From positions 17,918,001-17,982,000 of the forward strand of contig CM022672.1 of assembly GCA_012295275.1 (NCBI GenBank): a stretch of 64,000 nt of DNA, given 5' to 3'. This document shows positions 1 to 13,831 of the stretch, piece after piece. This DNA comes from Chrysomallon squamiferum. Its lineage: Eukaryota > Animalia > Mollusca. The translations under genes and the position numbers were made by a program. Within the stretch, counting starts at the first letter, position 1; each line of letters opens with the position of its first letter. The notes beneath the pieces were generated by a model, which saw only the letters and a program-made list of their open reading frames with translations, did not search any database and was not told where the DNA came from.

Positions 1-317
1 TTTCCTGAGGGAGATTTTTCTGCCAATTTAACTAGCACGTAATATATCACTTTGCCAGCCATCTCTACTCATCTGGCATTTGGTGTCAAACGTTTAATGG
101 ACATAATAAAATCATTATACTGATAATCATCCCTGTTATACTTGGTAACAGTAAAAAGAGTTGGCCACTTTGAAAATAAAATAGCTGTTCTGTCAAGTTA
201 CTGAAATATAATAAATAATATAACGTATTGTTAACTATTAAATTACTCTTATAATATTGTAACTGCTACATTCAATTACCGTTGTAACTAATACTAAATT
301 AGCTATGTCTTCTTTCT

Positions 318-355
<38 letters not shown>

Positions 356-1214
356 TGAAATTAATACTGTTTCCCTAAACGTTTCTCTTCTACTGTTTCT
401 ACAGAAGATTATAGAGTAATTTATAACAAAAGCCGTGGAACTGGTACGAAACAGCGTTTCCAGAAACTAGGTCGCCAGCCGCGCATTTGTGAAGAAAACA
501 ATAAAATAGGTCGCACACGTTCTGTTGACCTAATTCGTAAACAAGGTCACGGGAGATTTGTGTGTCACGGTTTCGGAAGGGTTATTTGATTGTTACGTAA
601 TACTTTCATTAGTTACCTGTTTTAATTATTTATGTTAATTTAAAATAAAACAGATGCTGTTTTTAATCAGTTGTGGGTTGTTTTTTTTTTTTGTTTTTTT
701 TTTCCCGGCAATTCGACAGGGATGTTTTGTGTCTCGTAATTTCATGGATCTTTTCTCTGTATATTTATAAACACGTTAATTTTATGTTACGTGTATTAAT
801 TTGTTGTTGAATGTATACTTTTTGTGGTATGTACATGTGTTTGTGTCATTGTACGTTGTTATTTTGAACCCTAGATCTGACACGAAAACAGATAACGTTG
901 TTTATTAAGGATATAGTATCCAGAAAAATAACTTGCAAAACAGTTTGTTTCTGACCTACTTAGGAAGCAAAGCAAAGAGAAACAATACGATCAACAATAA
1001 CAAAACACCTTATTTCAAGTGACATTATACTGTGATGTAACACTATATAACTGTTACTTATTTATTATTTATTTATGTAACAAACAACCTGTTTTGCTAT
1101 TACACGCAGTCAAGTGTACCTCAAAACTAATTCTTTTTTTTTTTTTTTTTTTTTTTTTCTTGAAAAGCAAAATCTGTCCTTACATATGTAAATAGTTACT
1201 TTTTAAATTAAAAG

Positions 1215-1249
<35 letters not shown>

Positions 1250-1364
1250 ATTAATACCTCAACAAAAGGCAGAATTACTTTTTCTGAAGTCTGTTTTAAA
1301 AGACGCCTTTGTCTTCTTCAGTTTTCGGTGTCGCTATACATCTATCTATCCCTCTATCTGTTTC

Positions 1365-1377
1365 AGGTCAAAGGTCA
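1365..1377 (+). promoter_or_regulatory. Perfect DR1 nuclear-receptor element
   Basis: AGGTCA-A-AGGTCA exact consensus (RXR/PPAR/HNF4/COUP-TF class). Confidence 0.45.
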
Positions 1378-1879
1378 CTTCTAGTTTAACGTTTCTACGC
1401 CTGACAGCATCTACTTCATCATTCTACATACCCCAGCTGCTTTATTTTCATTAACTTTTATACCCACTCAAATACACGGCTTAAATGAACCCCATGCTAT
1501 GGAGTTATTATCGTCAACACATCGTGCTGTGTTGCTGTCATTATTAGCACCGACTACAACATTCTCAATGATGTTTACCAATTTGTACCTCACCATGGTG
1601 TTAAGAGATTGGTCTGATAGTGTTGAAGTATTTTTTTTTTTTTTATTTATTTAATATTAAACATGCTTACAAATAAGACAGGAAATTGAAGGTGGTTGTT
1701 CTGTCTGATTTTTATATATTATATCACATACCTAAGTGCACACGTATATATGCCATATGTAACATATACAAAAATTATGTATTTGTCTTTGTGTATGTGT
1801 GTGTGTGTGTTTGTGTGTATGTTTTGTGTTTGTTTTAAGTTTGATATGGCATATTTATGTATGTATGTGTGTGTGTGTG

Positions 1880-1930
<51 letters not shown>

Positions 1931-2096
1931 GTATGTTAAAATGTGATTATTTTTATTTGTATGTCTTTCTAACAGCAATGAAAACTATTCAAAATTTTCT
2001 GAGTTAATATTTATATTAGCAAAACCTATTTGAAATTAATTATTAACAAGCCCTTATTCATCTTAAGAAAACAAAATCTGCCAACACAAACAAATA

Positions 2097-2142
<46 letters not shown>

Positions 2143-2586
2143 GTAATAAAATGAATTAATAAATAAATATTCATATATATATATATAAATAAATAAATAA
2201 AATTAAAATTAATTAATTAACTTAAAATCATAAAGATATATAACATTCAACACAGATTTATTTGACTTGGGCGCTGTTAAGAAGAGACGCAGAGAAAGAA
2301 AGAAGAACGTAAATGTTTACTAAGACAGGCACGTACACGTGGGTTCTCGCGGAGGGAGGAATGTAGATAAGACGAAAGAGTGAGTGTTTGATTTATTAGT
2401 AAGCGAGTTTCTCTGGAGAAGTTATAAACAACTTTCTTTTCCGAGACGAGTGTGTTCACGTCAGTTCTGCCGAACTTGACACTTCTTGTCAGGCAGCAAC
2501 GTTACTGGCAGCAACAGGAAAGTGTCATCAAAAAGAAATAAAAGATAAATATAATAATAATAAAATAACAATAACAGAATAATTAA

Positions 2587-2619
<33 letters not shown>

Positions 2620-3231
2620 TAAAACAACAGCAATAATATGATAAATAATAATAATAATAATAATAAAAAACAACAACAACAGAAAATTATGATGATGAAA
2701 TAATGAAAACAAAAAGAAAAATAACACAAATAAAATAAGTAAAAAAACAAATTTAAAAAGAAAAAAAGTAAAGGAAATAATAAATAATAATAAATAAAAA
2801 TAAATAATAATAATAATAATTAAAAAAAAAAAAGAAAAAAAAAAAAGAAGCATATTTTCCACAGGATATTTATTATTATTTTATTTTAATTTTAATTTTT
2901 TTATCTTACTAAGCAAAATTGTAATTCGGGTGCCCTCGTTCATGGACTTTGTGACATTTGGCTAAAAGTTATCGTCCTTAATCATGGCCACTGTTTGATT
3001 TTCACTTTCATGTCGCCAGATAAACGTTTATTACATACTTCGTATCAGTGATTGATAGGTTAACACTGTCTTAATGAAAAAATGCTTACTCTGTGTTTTC
3101 ACACTTCAGGTTTAGATAAAAACTGACGTCAAAGATACTTTCACAAAAACTCGCGTGGCTTTGAGTTAATTTATCTTCTTTACTGATACGGTAGTGACAT
3201 TTAGTCATGTAAATCAATTAGTTCAATCGTC

Positions 3232-3351
<120 letters not shown>

Positions 3352-4051
3352 ATATCTGTCTCAAAGTCTTTGTATATCTCTCAGTTTACCCCCCTCTCTC
3401 TCTGTCTATCTACCTACCTACCTACCTGTCTGTCTGTCTGTCTGTCTGTCTTCTGTCTGTCTGTCTATCTCTATGTCTATCTATCTAAGTTCGTCTTGAT
3501 GATTATGTTTATCACTATAATGAAACCCCCGTTGATCCATCCCTATTTCTCAGTGTGTGTATGTGCGTGTGCGTGTGTTTGTGTGAGTGTGTGTTATATG
3601 CTTCTTTTAGATATCCTTTTAAGCCATCGTGCTGTCTTAACTTAAAGCATGACATTTGTACATCCCTGAAGTCCTGGTTACTAAGATGTTTTGTTAGGTC
3701 AGTAAGAAGATACTTGAAATCTACGATAATCAAACAGGAAATTATCAAAGATCTTTATTTGTGTTGTTCTCTCTCTTGTAAGATGTTTATGAAACGTTAC
3801 TGCGTATAATTTTTATGGGTCTCATATGAATGTATCTACATAAATGTTTGTATGTATCTAAGTATGTATGTATGTACGCGTGTGTGTGTATTATACGTAT
3901 ATATGTTTGTATCCAAAGGTTGATGAGCCTGTGTGTGTTTATATGTATATATATATATGTGTATTTGTCTGTTTAGAACTACACATCTGTTACACGTATA
4001 TATCTGTGTATGTACATCTACCCATGCATGTTTGTATGTTTGTATCTAATA

Positions 4052-4094
<43 letters not shown>

Positions 4095-4557
4095 GTACGT
4101 ACGTATGTATATACATTAAAGAATGTATGAACGCAGCGTGTAGTTCAATGGGTTGTCACGGAGGTAGGTAAATCGTTAACAGCAGCATATATATGGCATC
4201 ATTATCAGTGATATTCATGTTCTTGTGCGCTCAGAACTAGAAACGAAATGCATCACACTATAACCTCCTTTATCTCTTTGTTTTCTGTAAACCACTGCCT
4301 GGTATCTCACTGCAGTGGTCAGTGTTAACGTTGTCACAGTGCACGTAGGTCAGTGAGCAATCATACAGTCACATTCCTGTTTGCTTTCAGATACCATTGT
4401 ATGTTATCTCAAGTCAGCAGAGTCTTATACAATAAATGACATCACAGATTGGGCATCAGCACATTTTGCGGTCAGTAGGATATTTTATTTAGATCATTAT
4501 TTGTCTAAATTAACTCTGTACAGAAAGGGTGATTGGGAGACAGGTAGCTGTATCATA

Positions 4558-4672
<115 letters not shown>

Positions 4673-4864
4673 AACAGATTTTCGTTTTAATTTAAAGAGC
4701 AAAAATCTATTAATGCTGTTTTTTGAACTTACTAACGTAATATCATTTTGGTCTTAGATTCACTCAAAACGTTTCTGTAGACATATTTCACTGCTAGTTA
4801 CACAATTTCGAATTACAGTTAAATAATAAAAAAAAATAATAATAATAATAAAAAAAAAATAATA

Positions 4865-4898
<34 letters not shown>

Positions 4899-5720
4899 AA
4901 AGTAAAATAAGCAAATATTGTCAAATTCCGAAAGCAAAATAATTATAAATTATCATTCACCAAGTCTCGAATGAAACTGGTGCGCAAGCGTAATATAAAC
5001 TGGATGGCCAGTGGCAACCATAGTGGATTTACACAGGATATTTCAGTTCAGCTATAACTACGTGACATATCTTGTCCGTGAGCAGATAAAAATAGCGTCG
5101 GTTTCGTAAAACGACTTTGAGAGGGGTTTTATTTTATTTCATTAAGAAATTCATCTGTTTGAACCAACAAACCCACATTGTACGTCTTTACATTACAGCT
5201 CTGCATTGAAAGCCCCTTTTAATAATGATTTACCTGGGTTATTTTTTTATTTTTATTTATTTATTTATTTATTTATTTTTTTATTCAGCGTGTTTTTCTC
5301 TCGCAGTTCCCATATTATAAGTGAAAAACATTAATTTTAAATTGCCATATGAATAAAACATAAATAAAAAGAGCTCGACACATTACTGTTTATGAATATT
5401 AATAAATTATCCACTGGCAATACCTTCATATACAGCAATGTAGTAGGTAGATAATTAGATAGGTGTGTGTGGACGTGTGTGTGTGTGTATATATGTACAC
5501 ACACACAGACACACTATATATAACACTTTATAGTTCGTCTCCAAGCAGTGTAATTACCGTGTCATGGAGACATAAACAGAACAAGTGTGACGTACTGGTG
5601 TTTGTTCATGGATCAGGGGTTTTATTGCCAGCAAGTGTGAAGAGCTTCAAAGCCCAGTTCGTAGTGCAGACACGAGCCGTGTGCAGCGCATCACGTCACG
5701 TGTTGCTGTGTTTAACTGAC

Positions 5721-5750
5721 GACTCTTCTAGACGCTTCTAGACTCTTCGA
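5721..5750. promoter_or_regulatory. Heat-shock-element-like array (three 10-bp units)
   Basis: GACtcTTCta GACgcTTCta GACtcTTCga: alternating pentamers with TTC at a 10-bp period and GAC in place of GAA. Next to TCACGTCACGTG at 5691-5702. Confidence 0.4.
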
Positions 5751-5828
5751 TCTGCCTGCTTGTTCGAGCTGACTTGCAGGTTTTATTTCACAATCAAAAA
5801 ATAAAATGTTCTTGTTATTAACAATGCA

Positions 5829-5875
<47 letters not shown>

Positions 5876-5876
<1 letters not shown>

Positions 5877-6171
5877 TTACGAACTATATATTACAATGTT
5901 TATAACGTTAATATTTCACATGCCTCTTGTTACACTTAACATTCCATTCATTCAACTTGTTACGTATTTAACAGCATCTCAGATAAACATATTTTACACT
6001 GCGGTGCATCTGACAATAAAAATTATCCTCAACACCGAGGGATCTCGAGAAGTTAATTTTCTCCAAAGGAGATCGTTAACTTTATTAAAGCTTTGAGTTT
6101 TCTTCTTTCCTGTAGCAATGAATGGAACTGGAGCATTTAATATTTTTATTTACATCCCGTTTTTCCTTTTT
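5876..6171 (+). repeat. Dispersed ~300-bp repeat, copy A
   Basis: Reverse complement of 31744-32042 with only scattered mismatches (for example, the block GAGAAGTTAATTTTCTCCAAAGGAGATCGTTAACTTTATTAAAGCTTTGA is shared exactly). Confidence 0.9.
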
Positions 6172-6196
6172 ATTAACACGTTCGTACATAACAGGT

Positions 6197-6282
<86 letters not shown>

Positions 6283-7689
6283 TGGATTAAGAGATTAATC
6301 GTTATTCGGAACTGAATAAATACTGAAGACATTTAAAATTATAAAGAGACAGATAAAACTTTAATGTAATATTTTAAAATTAAAAAAATTTTTTTTTTTT
6401 TAAAAATCCACAGTTTTAATCAGTAATAACATCTGTTAACAATACAACTCGATTTAAAATTGATCATCGTTTTTCTTAACGCCATGTAAACATTCGTGAC
6501 TTCTAAAGTCATTTAAAACGTTACGCACTAAGGTGACAGCACTAAGTGTTAATGAAAATGCCTCTTCGAGATAAAACGTACGTTTTTCAGTTCCAAGGGC
6601 GTCATCCTTAATTTACTCTGAATACGAAGAACAGAATATGTGCTATTAAAAATCAGAAAAAAAAAAAAATAAAGATTAGCTATGCACGAATCGCTTTGCA
6701 TAACCTCTGAATACATTGATGAAATCGGTAACGCGATGCGCTATTCTAACGTTTTAAAAAAAGAAGAACAGAGATAAAAATTGTGTACAAATGTACTGTC
6801 TCACGTTAGATGTTAATAAGTGCGTTTTCCCGTATCACTACTTTACCCTTCAGTACTTTCTGTAATTGAAACGCAAAGTATTAAGACGCCCTCCTAATCG
6901 TGTTTCAAAAAAAACCAGAAGAAGACAAAGTGAATTGTGCAAATAAAACCGAAGAGAAGAACGAACGAACGAACGAAGCTAAACGAAGAAAAAAGAAATG
7001 AAAGAGACAGGTAGAAAAAAACCCCAGTTAAATCAGATAATACACACTCTTGTTACTGAAAATGATTAAAGGGATATCAGTTACACACACATCTATCTAT
7101 CTATCTATCTATCTATATATGTATATACATTAAAATTTTCAATACATCCTTATTAATGCAACAATTATGTTCCCCAATACCATTAACCCTTAGGCGTCTG
7201 TCTAACTGCCACCACCATTTGCTCGCGCACGATGACTTAACACAGACTACAGTTCTATTGTGAATGCCGTGTCGAATGTCTACTGCGTTTTAAATATACC
7301 CGCTACAACGTTATCTGTCTGTGCCTGGGTCAGAGACACCCGTGGTGTGTGTAAACCATGAATGGAGGGGTTTATCTACGGTTCACTCTTCGACCCGAGC
7401 CGCGTGTCAGGTACTCACACCGACGTACCCTGCCACGTCATTCACATTAAACCAGCCCCGGGTGACTTGGCTGAAATCAACTTTAAGGTTAATAACACGC
7501 CTGTAGATCTTCGAGTTGTTTTCTTAATCTAAAATACTCTTTTTTTCGGGGGATTTTTTATTTTATTTTTATTTTTTTTTTTTTTTTTTGCTGTTACAGT
7601 TTTATTTTGCAACTTTTATGGATTCTTTTTTTTTTTTTTTTTTTTTTATCGTTAGTTCTATTTTGCGAGTGGTGTACCCATGAGTAAAG

Positions 7690-7970
7690 TTTGAAAAATT
7701 AGAAGCATAGTAAAACAAAACTCTGAAAACTACAAGTTAAAACTTAGAAAACTGGAGATAATAAAACTATGGAAAGTAGAATATGTTTTTGATTTTTAAA
7801 CTATTTAGAATATAATAAAACCATTTTGTATAATCAAACCATGAGAACTAGAAGTATAATAAAACTATAAAAACTAGAAGTATAAAAAACGTTGAAATCA
7901 AGAAGTATAACTTTGAAACAAGATGTATAATAAAACTATGAAAACAAGAAGTATAATAAAACTTTTTATT
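7690..7970. repeat. Degenerate ~26-bp minisatellite (consensus about CTAGAAGTATAATAAAACTATGAAAA)
   Basis: About ten recurring AGAAGTATAATAAAAC-like units. Confidence 0.75.
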
Positions 7971-9018
7971 TCAGAAACTTGCAACTGTTAAAATAATTTT
8001 GTTCCAGTTTATGGCAGCTCTAGATTAAAGTATCGGAATATGTTTTTATTTTTCTCTTTTTTATATTTTTTCACCCCAAGCATTGAAGAATAATTTAAAC
8101 TGTAAGAGGAAACAGACACACATACAACATATATACATTAGGGATGGCCCTGACAGAGATAACGCAAACTAAATCTCTCTCTCTCTTCTCTGTGTCATGT
8201 ATAATATGTTAGTGTGTGTGTGTATATATACATATATGTGTGTGTGTGTGTGTGTTTATACATACATAAATACAAACATACATACATACATAAGGTAACT
8301 CAACCTTTCAAAAGTTCGCTGTTAAAAACAATGCAATTGTGTATTTCGATTTTCTTTACAATTGCAATTAATTTGAGAATATTTATATTTAAATGACAAG
8401 ATCTAAAATCAATATTATTAACACTAACGTTATCTCGGGACTATTTTTTTTTTGTTTCTTTTTTTATTAATTTTAATTAGAACTTTTTCCTAGGCTTCTG
8501 TTACTTGCGTGATTATGATCTTGTCTTTTCTTTTCATTCTTTCTCTTCTTGAAACAAAACCTCAGTACTTCTTAATATTAAAATAATAATAATAAAAACT
8601 AAAAACTAAAAAAAACGAGTTCTTCGAGAGTCTGCTTGAAACGTATTATTAAGGGCAGACACTTTGTTGAACCTAGGTGGCGCGAGCTGTTGCACATACG
8701 AAATTAATGAACTGTTTACAAGCCAAACACGAGAAAAAGTGTACTGATACATCACTTTTTTTCTTCAACGTTTTGCTGAAACCGCAAAAAAGTTATTGTT
8801 CTGCTTGTGTCGGTAAACAAAACAAGAACAAACCGAGCCCTGTCGTCTGCTGCGATAACAGCAGCAGACGACACCGAATTCAACGAGAGGGTTTCTGCGG
8901 GAAGTGGGGGGTCTGGTTTATTTCAGGTCACTGAATGTCATTTCGGTTTCTTTCGGGAAGATAATTTGCATGATAAGCGAATTGTAGAAGCAACGTTCCA
9001 CCGGAGTAGAAAGTTATC

Positions 9019-9089
<71 letters not shown>

Positions 9090-9289
9090 CGAAATCGTAA
9101 AGAAAAATCTTGCATTGTCTTATAAGAGCGAATTGTTTAAAGTTGAGACATGTCAACAAACATGTATACCTGCCTACCTGACAACCTGCCCATGCATTGA
9201 TGTACACACACATAAACATACACTGTCTCTCTCTCTAACATACACACACACACTCTCTCTAACATATACACACTCTCTCTCTCTCTCTC

Positions 9290-9342
<53 letters not shown>

Positions 9343-9699
9343 AACATATAAACAAATATACCGAAATGGCCCAGTAACAGAAATGATTTCAGTACGATTT
9401 TAACGGGATCTTGTTAGCGAGAAATCGCGAATTAGTGTCAGTATTAACGGTTCACGAACCAACGTACTGAACAGAATTGCCTTTCTATCTCTTCTTTCTT
9501 ACTGCACACGGGATTACCGACCTGGCTGGGTTTCTCTGATAAAACGTGCTATCTATAAACACGGAGATAGATAGCTAACTCGAAATAGATATTAGGATGG
9601 TTGAGTGTGAGAATCAGTCAGTTTCAAAAACAGTGCCAAGGGTTGAGTTACCTTTCTCTGGTGTCATTTTCGCCATTCGCAACCCACAGTATATATATA

Positions 9700-9975
9700 A
9701 ATACTGAATGAATGAGAAAATACCTCGTATTAATTAGAAGTAAGCGATACTTTTTAGATACCTTCCCATAACCTGGTAAATACATTACAACAGCCTCTGA
9801 ATAAAAACCTGTCGTGGAGCAGATGCTGGAACGTGAAAAAGCGAAATAGGAATAACGAGTGGCGAACGATCCACACTCTTTGCAACCGAGCATTTTAAAG
9901 TCCTAATCTTATTGCTTAGCAAAAAGAAATATTTTATATGCACCTTCCCATAAACAGGAAAGTACACTCAATAGC
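9700..9975 (-). mobile_element. Degenerate SINE-like remnant with an internal partial duplication
   Basis: ACCTTCCCATAA..GG.AA.TACA occurs twice (about 9760 and 9942). The intervening CAGCCT..GTCGTGG.GCA..GCTGGAACG.GAAA block resembles my recollection of a gastropod tRNA-derived SINE body in reverse orientation, which I have not verified. Confidence 0.3.
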
Positions 9976-10536
9976 AGTAGGGGGACAGAAGAGAGGATCA
10001 CTCTCATCACTTTTCAGCAGAGATCTCTAATCACTCAGCTACAGCCCATTAATCACTGTGTGTGTGTTTTCACATAGTCTTTGTTTTTGTATTCCTAACA
10101 TATAATAGCTTGATGAAATAACCAGTAACATTCATCGATTACTTTGTTGCCATTAACAGTGGAAACGCAACACAAATCAGAAATAACTGTAAGACTCGGA
10201 AAAAATAAAAAAGGAAATAAAAAAATAATAATAATAAAAAGGGAAAAACGCCTACGGGAATATTAAGCTATAATAAGAACACTGAATCTGTAATTCAAAA
10301 CAGTAAGCCTGTCTTTGTTATGTTGGTTTTTTTTCTTTCTTTCTTTTGTCGTCACCATACAGAGTGTGTTTTATAACGACAGAAAACATTACCTGTACGT
10401 TCAGTTTTTGCTGCAGTATATCCAGTGAAAAATTCAGAAACATTTTGCTCAAAATAAACACCGACCTTGGTCTAATTGTAAGACACAAAATATTAGTATA
10501 GCGAATCCAACACTTTTATTCGACTCACTTTTTTGG

Positions 10537-10568
<32 letters not shown>

Positions 10569-11001
10569 AAGAAGAAGCAAACAGTAACAACAACAAACAA
10601 ATCATAATCATCTTCATCTTCATCATCATCATCATCATCGGCATGCTGAAAGTAATCCCTTTTTCGTTGCTTATTCGTCAACATTTGTAACATTAATCTT
10701 TAACACACGATTGTACACGCTAACACCATATGTTAATTTATTACCAGTTTATGAAACCTCAAAAAGCATAGCTTGCTCAGGGACATTTATTCCTGAATCT
10801 GCAGTAGATGCCAGTGTCAAACTTTTGATTAATTGACTGTGTTTAGTTTTCTGCGATTTTTAAAAAAATATATATATATATATATTTTTTTTTTAAATTT
10901 TATTTTCACGATGGTAGAGAAAAAAAAATAGAACAGCCATCTCTGATGCACGTGATTTCCAAGTTGAGTGGAATGTTAAATATTCAATAAACAAATACGT
11001 G

Positions 11002-11069
<68 letters not shown>

Positions 11070-12743
11070 GTGTGTGTGCGTGTGTAGATCAATAGATAGT
11101 TAGTCAGCCTGAGATGGATTGATAGATAGTTAGACAGAAAATAGATATATAGATATACTCTAAATATTATATATACTGTATATTTTATCTTTATTAAATT
11201 ACGTTTTTATTATATATATATATACACAATAAAAACATGATTTAATAAAGAAAAAATAATAATAATCATGATGATGATGATAATTATGATAAACAGTTAT
11301 AATAACAACAGCAATAATTACAACAACAAATGTAATGACAACCAAACAAACAATAATAACGAAATTCCTTTGTAACCCTTCTTTCTTCCTTTTTTCAGCT
11401 TTTAATTGAAAATATTAAAGAAAATTCTAGGATCCGTTATACGAAGTTTTGTACTGATGGCTTCCAGTTTGGGTTTATCTTTTTTTTATTTTTTTTTAAC
11501 GACTTGATATATTTCTCCACACAAACTGACTGTTACTATGTTTTTGTAGCGGGTTGTGTTAAATACGTTCTGTAACAGCTAACTAATCGTTTTTACAACG
11601 TATTTGTGTCAGCTGTTTCTGTGTGTTTCTGCCACGTTGAGAAAAAAAAAAAAAAAAAAAAAAAGAAAGCGAATAGTGTTTTTCAGAGGTAAGGAATTCA
11701 GGCAGAAAAATCTCAGGTAATACAAAACCAACAAGGGACCAAAAATGGATCATTTCAGTCATGAATCAGAGATTTTTGTAACAAATACAGATTAGTGGAC
11801 GCCTGCGTGTATTTTGAGTTTAGTGACTATTATCGTAATTTACCGTTTATTTCATTTTAGCTTTATTAGTGCAGTGGTTTACAGAGTTAATGTGGTGGTA
11901 CGAACATATGGTGGCTTTAAAACGTTTCATCTACTAACAAACCATGGTTTTGATATATTGGCTGAGAACCTTTTCTAATAATAAAGTATCACGATAATAT
12001 ATTAAGCACTCACACTGCAAGGAGCTGTCATATCCCTTTCTATTTTTCGTTAATTCATAATATGTAACATGATATATATCATATGATATGATCGATATCA
12101 TACAGTACAATTATAACACAATGTAATTCTCGTCTGTCTTTTTCCAGCATAAATCAGACTTTCACACCGGTGTTTTTTCATTATTTTCTCGAATATGATT
12201 AAATCAAACACTTGAATTATCGTCCACGACAATTGCGGTCTGACTAGTAGCGTAATTAACCTTCGCAGTGTACACTTCGCTGAAGAAGTGTTTAGACTGT
12301 CACGTAGAGGAACTTCCCACTTACAAGTCTAACACTATTTCCTATTTACTACGACACGATACTCTCACTATATGTGATTTTCTTCGCCGTTAAAACCGTC
12401 CCAGCTTAACCCATAGTTTCGTTTAGCAGATTGCTCTTATGTTTTCAATTTGTTATTATGATATTAATGATCTGGATCAAACTGTAGTTGAATTTGTATA
12501 AACCAACGAGATAAAAAAAAAAAAAAAAAATTTCCTATTTGCATTTATATTTAATAAAATTATTGTTTTCTCGTATTCTAATGCGATATATTACTATTGG
12601 GAATAACCAGATTGTAACACAATGATTAGTAGATCGTTGGAGGTCAAGAATGGTTGCTGACTGAACATATCACTGTATTTAATAAAACAAGATAGTTGTC
12701 CAACTCTTGTACATGCTTAATGGATATGTGTTGAATACTGAGA

Positions 12744-12790
<47 letters not shown>

Positions 12791-12830
12791 CAGTATGCAT
12801 GTACAAAAAATATGTGTGTGTGTGTATACG

Positions 12831-12872
<42 letters not shown>

Positions 12873-13494
12873 AAATGTGTGTGTGTATGGTTTATTTCAG
12901 TATATTTAATCATTCTGAGGTATTGTGCAGTATCTCAACAGGTGCCATGTACAGTGAAAAGCAGTAATGGGTGTACAGCCAGTACTAAAATACACCACAA
13001 TCAACGGCTATTGTAACTCTTGGCAAAGATTATACTATGACACACAGTACTCTGTATTGAATCAGACACAGTAACAGATTTCTAGCGATAAAGGACAGGA
13101 CAGCTGACTTAAGCAATATATGTTGTTCAGTCTTTTGTAATTGGACACAATATTTTCCTTAGAATTAAATATATTATGGTATTCTAAAATAATTTTCCCA
13201 AGCAAAATATAAATATTCTAAAAATAAATGTAAAAACGATATCCTTATTGATTTTAGAAAGACACAACTACTAACATCAATTGAAATCACGGATCTGACA
13301 TCCGTATCGAATAAAATTCTATTTGCACTGTTTTTCATCATATCGAAATACATTCCCATGTTTTATCAAAAAATTAAAGTTGAAATCCGTCAGATGTTGA
13401 GTTTTTATTTTCATTCCAAACTTTATATTTGCTTGATTAAACTTTCCTTACCCAAAGCTGAATGGAAATATTCTGAATTCTGTTTAATCTCGAA

Positions 13495-13553
<59 letters not shown>

Positions 13554-13779
13554 AAACATCATATTTATATACTCATTTATATATATAAACAGATACACAC
13601 ACATTCGTCTAACATTAAAACACTCAAACAAGTAATACACACATATTCTCACAACTCATATAAATACTTGCACACATAAACCCATCCTCAGCAATTTCAC
13701 CTATGTTCTTACGATGTCACTGGAACAGACACACACATGTAATCAGACATTCCGAATAATCCGTACATGCTAGACACAC

Positions 13780-13831
<52 letters not shown>

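Noticed and set aside
4133-4170. GCGTGTAGTTCAATGG resembling a tRNA 5' end / A-box
   Set aside because: No B-box (GTTCRA) or cloverleaf downstream.
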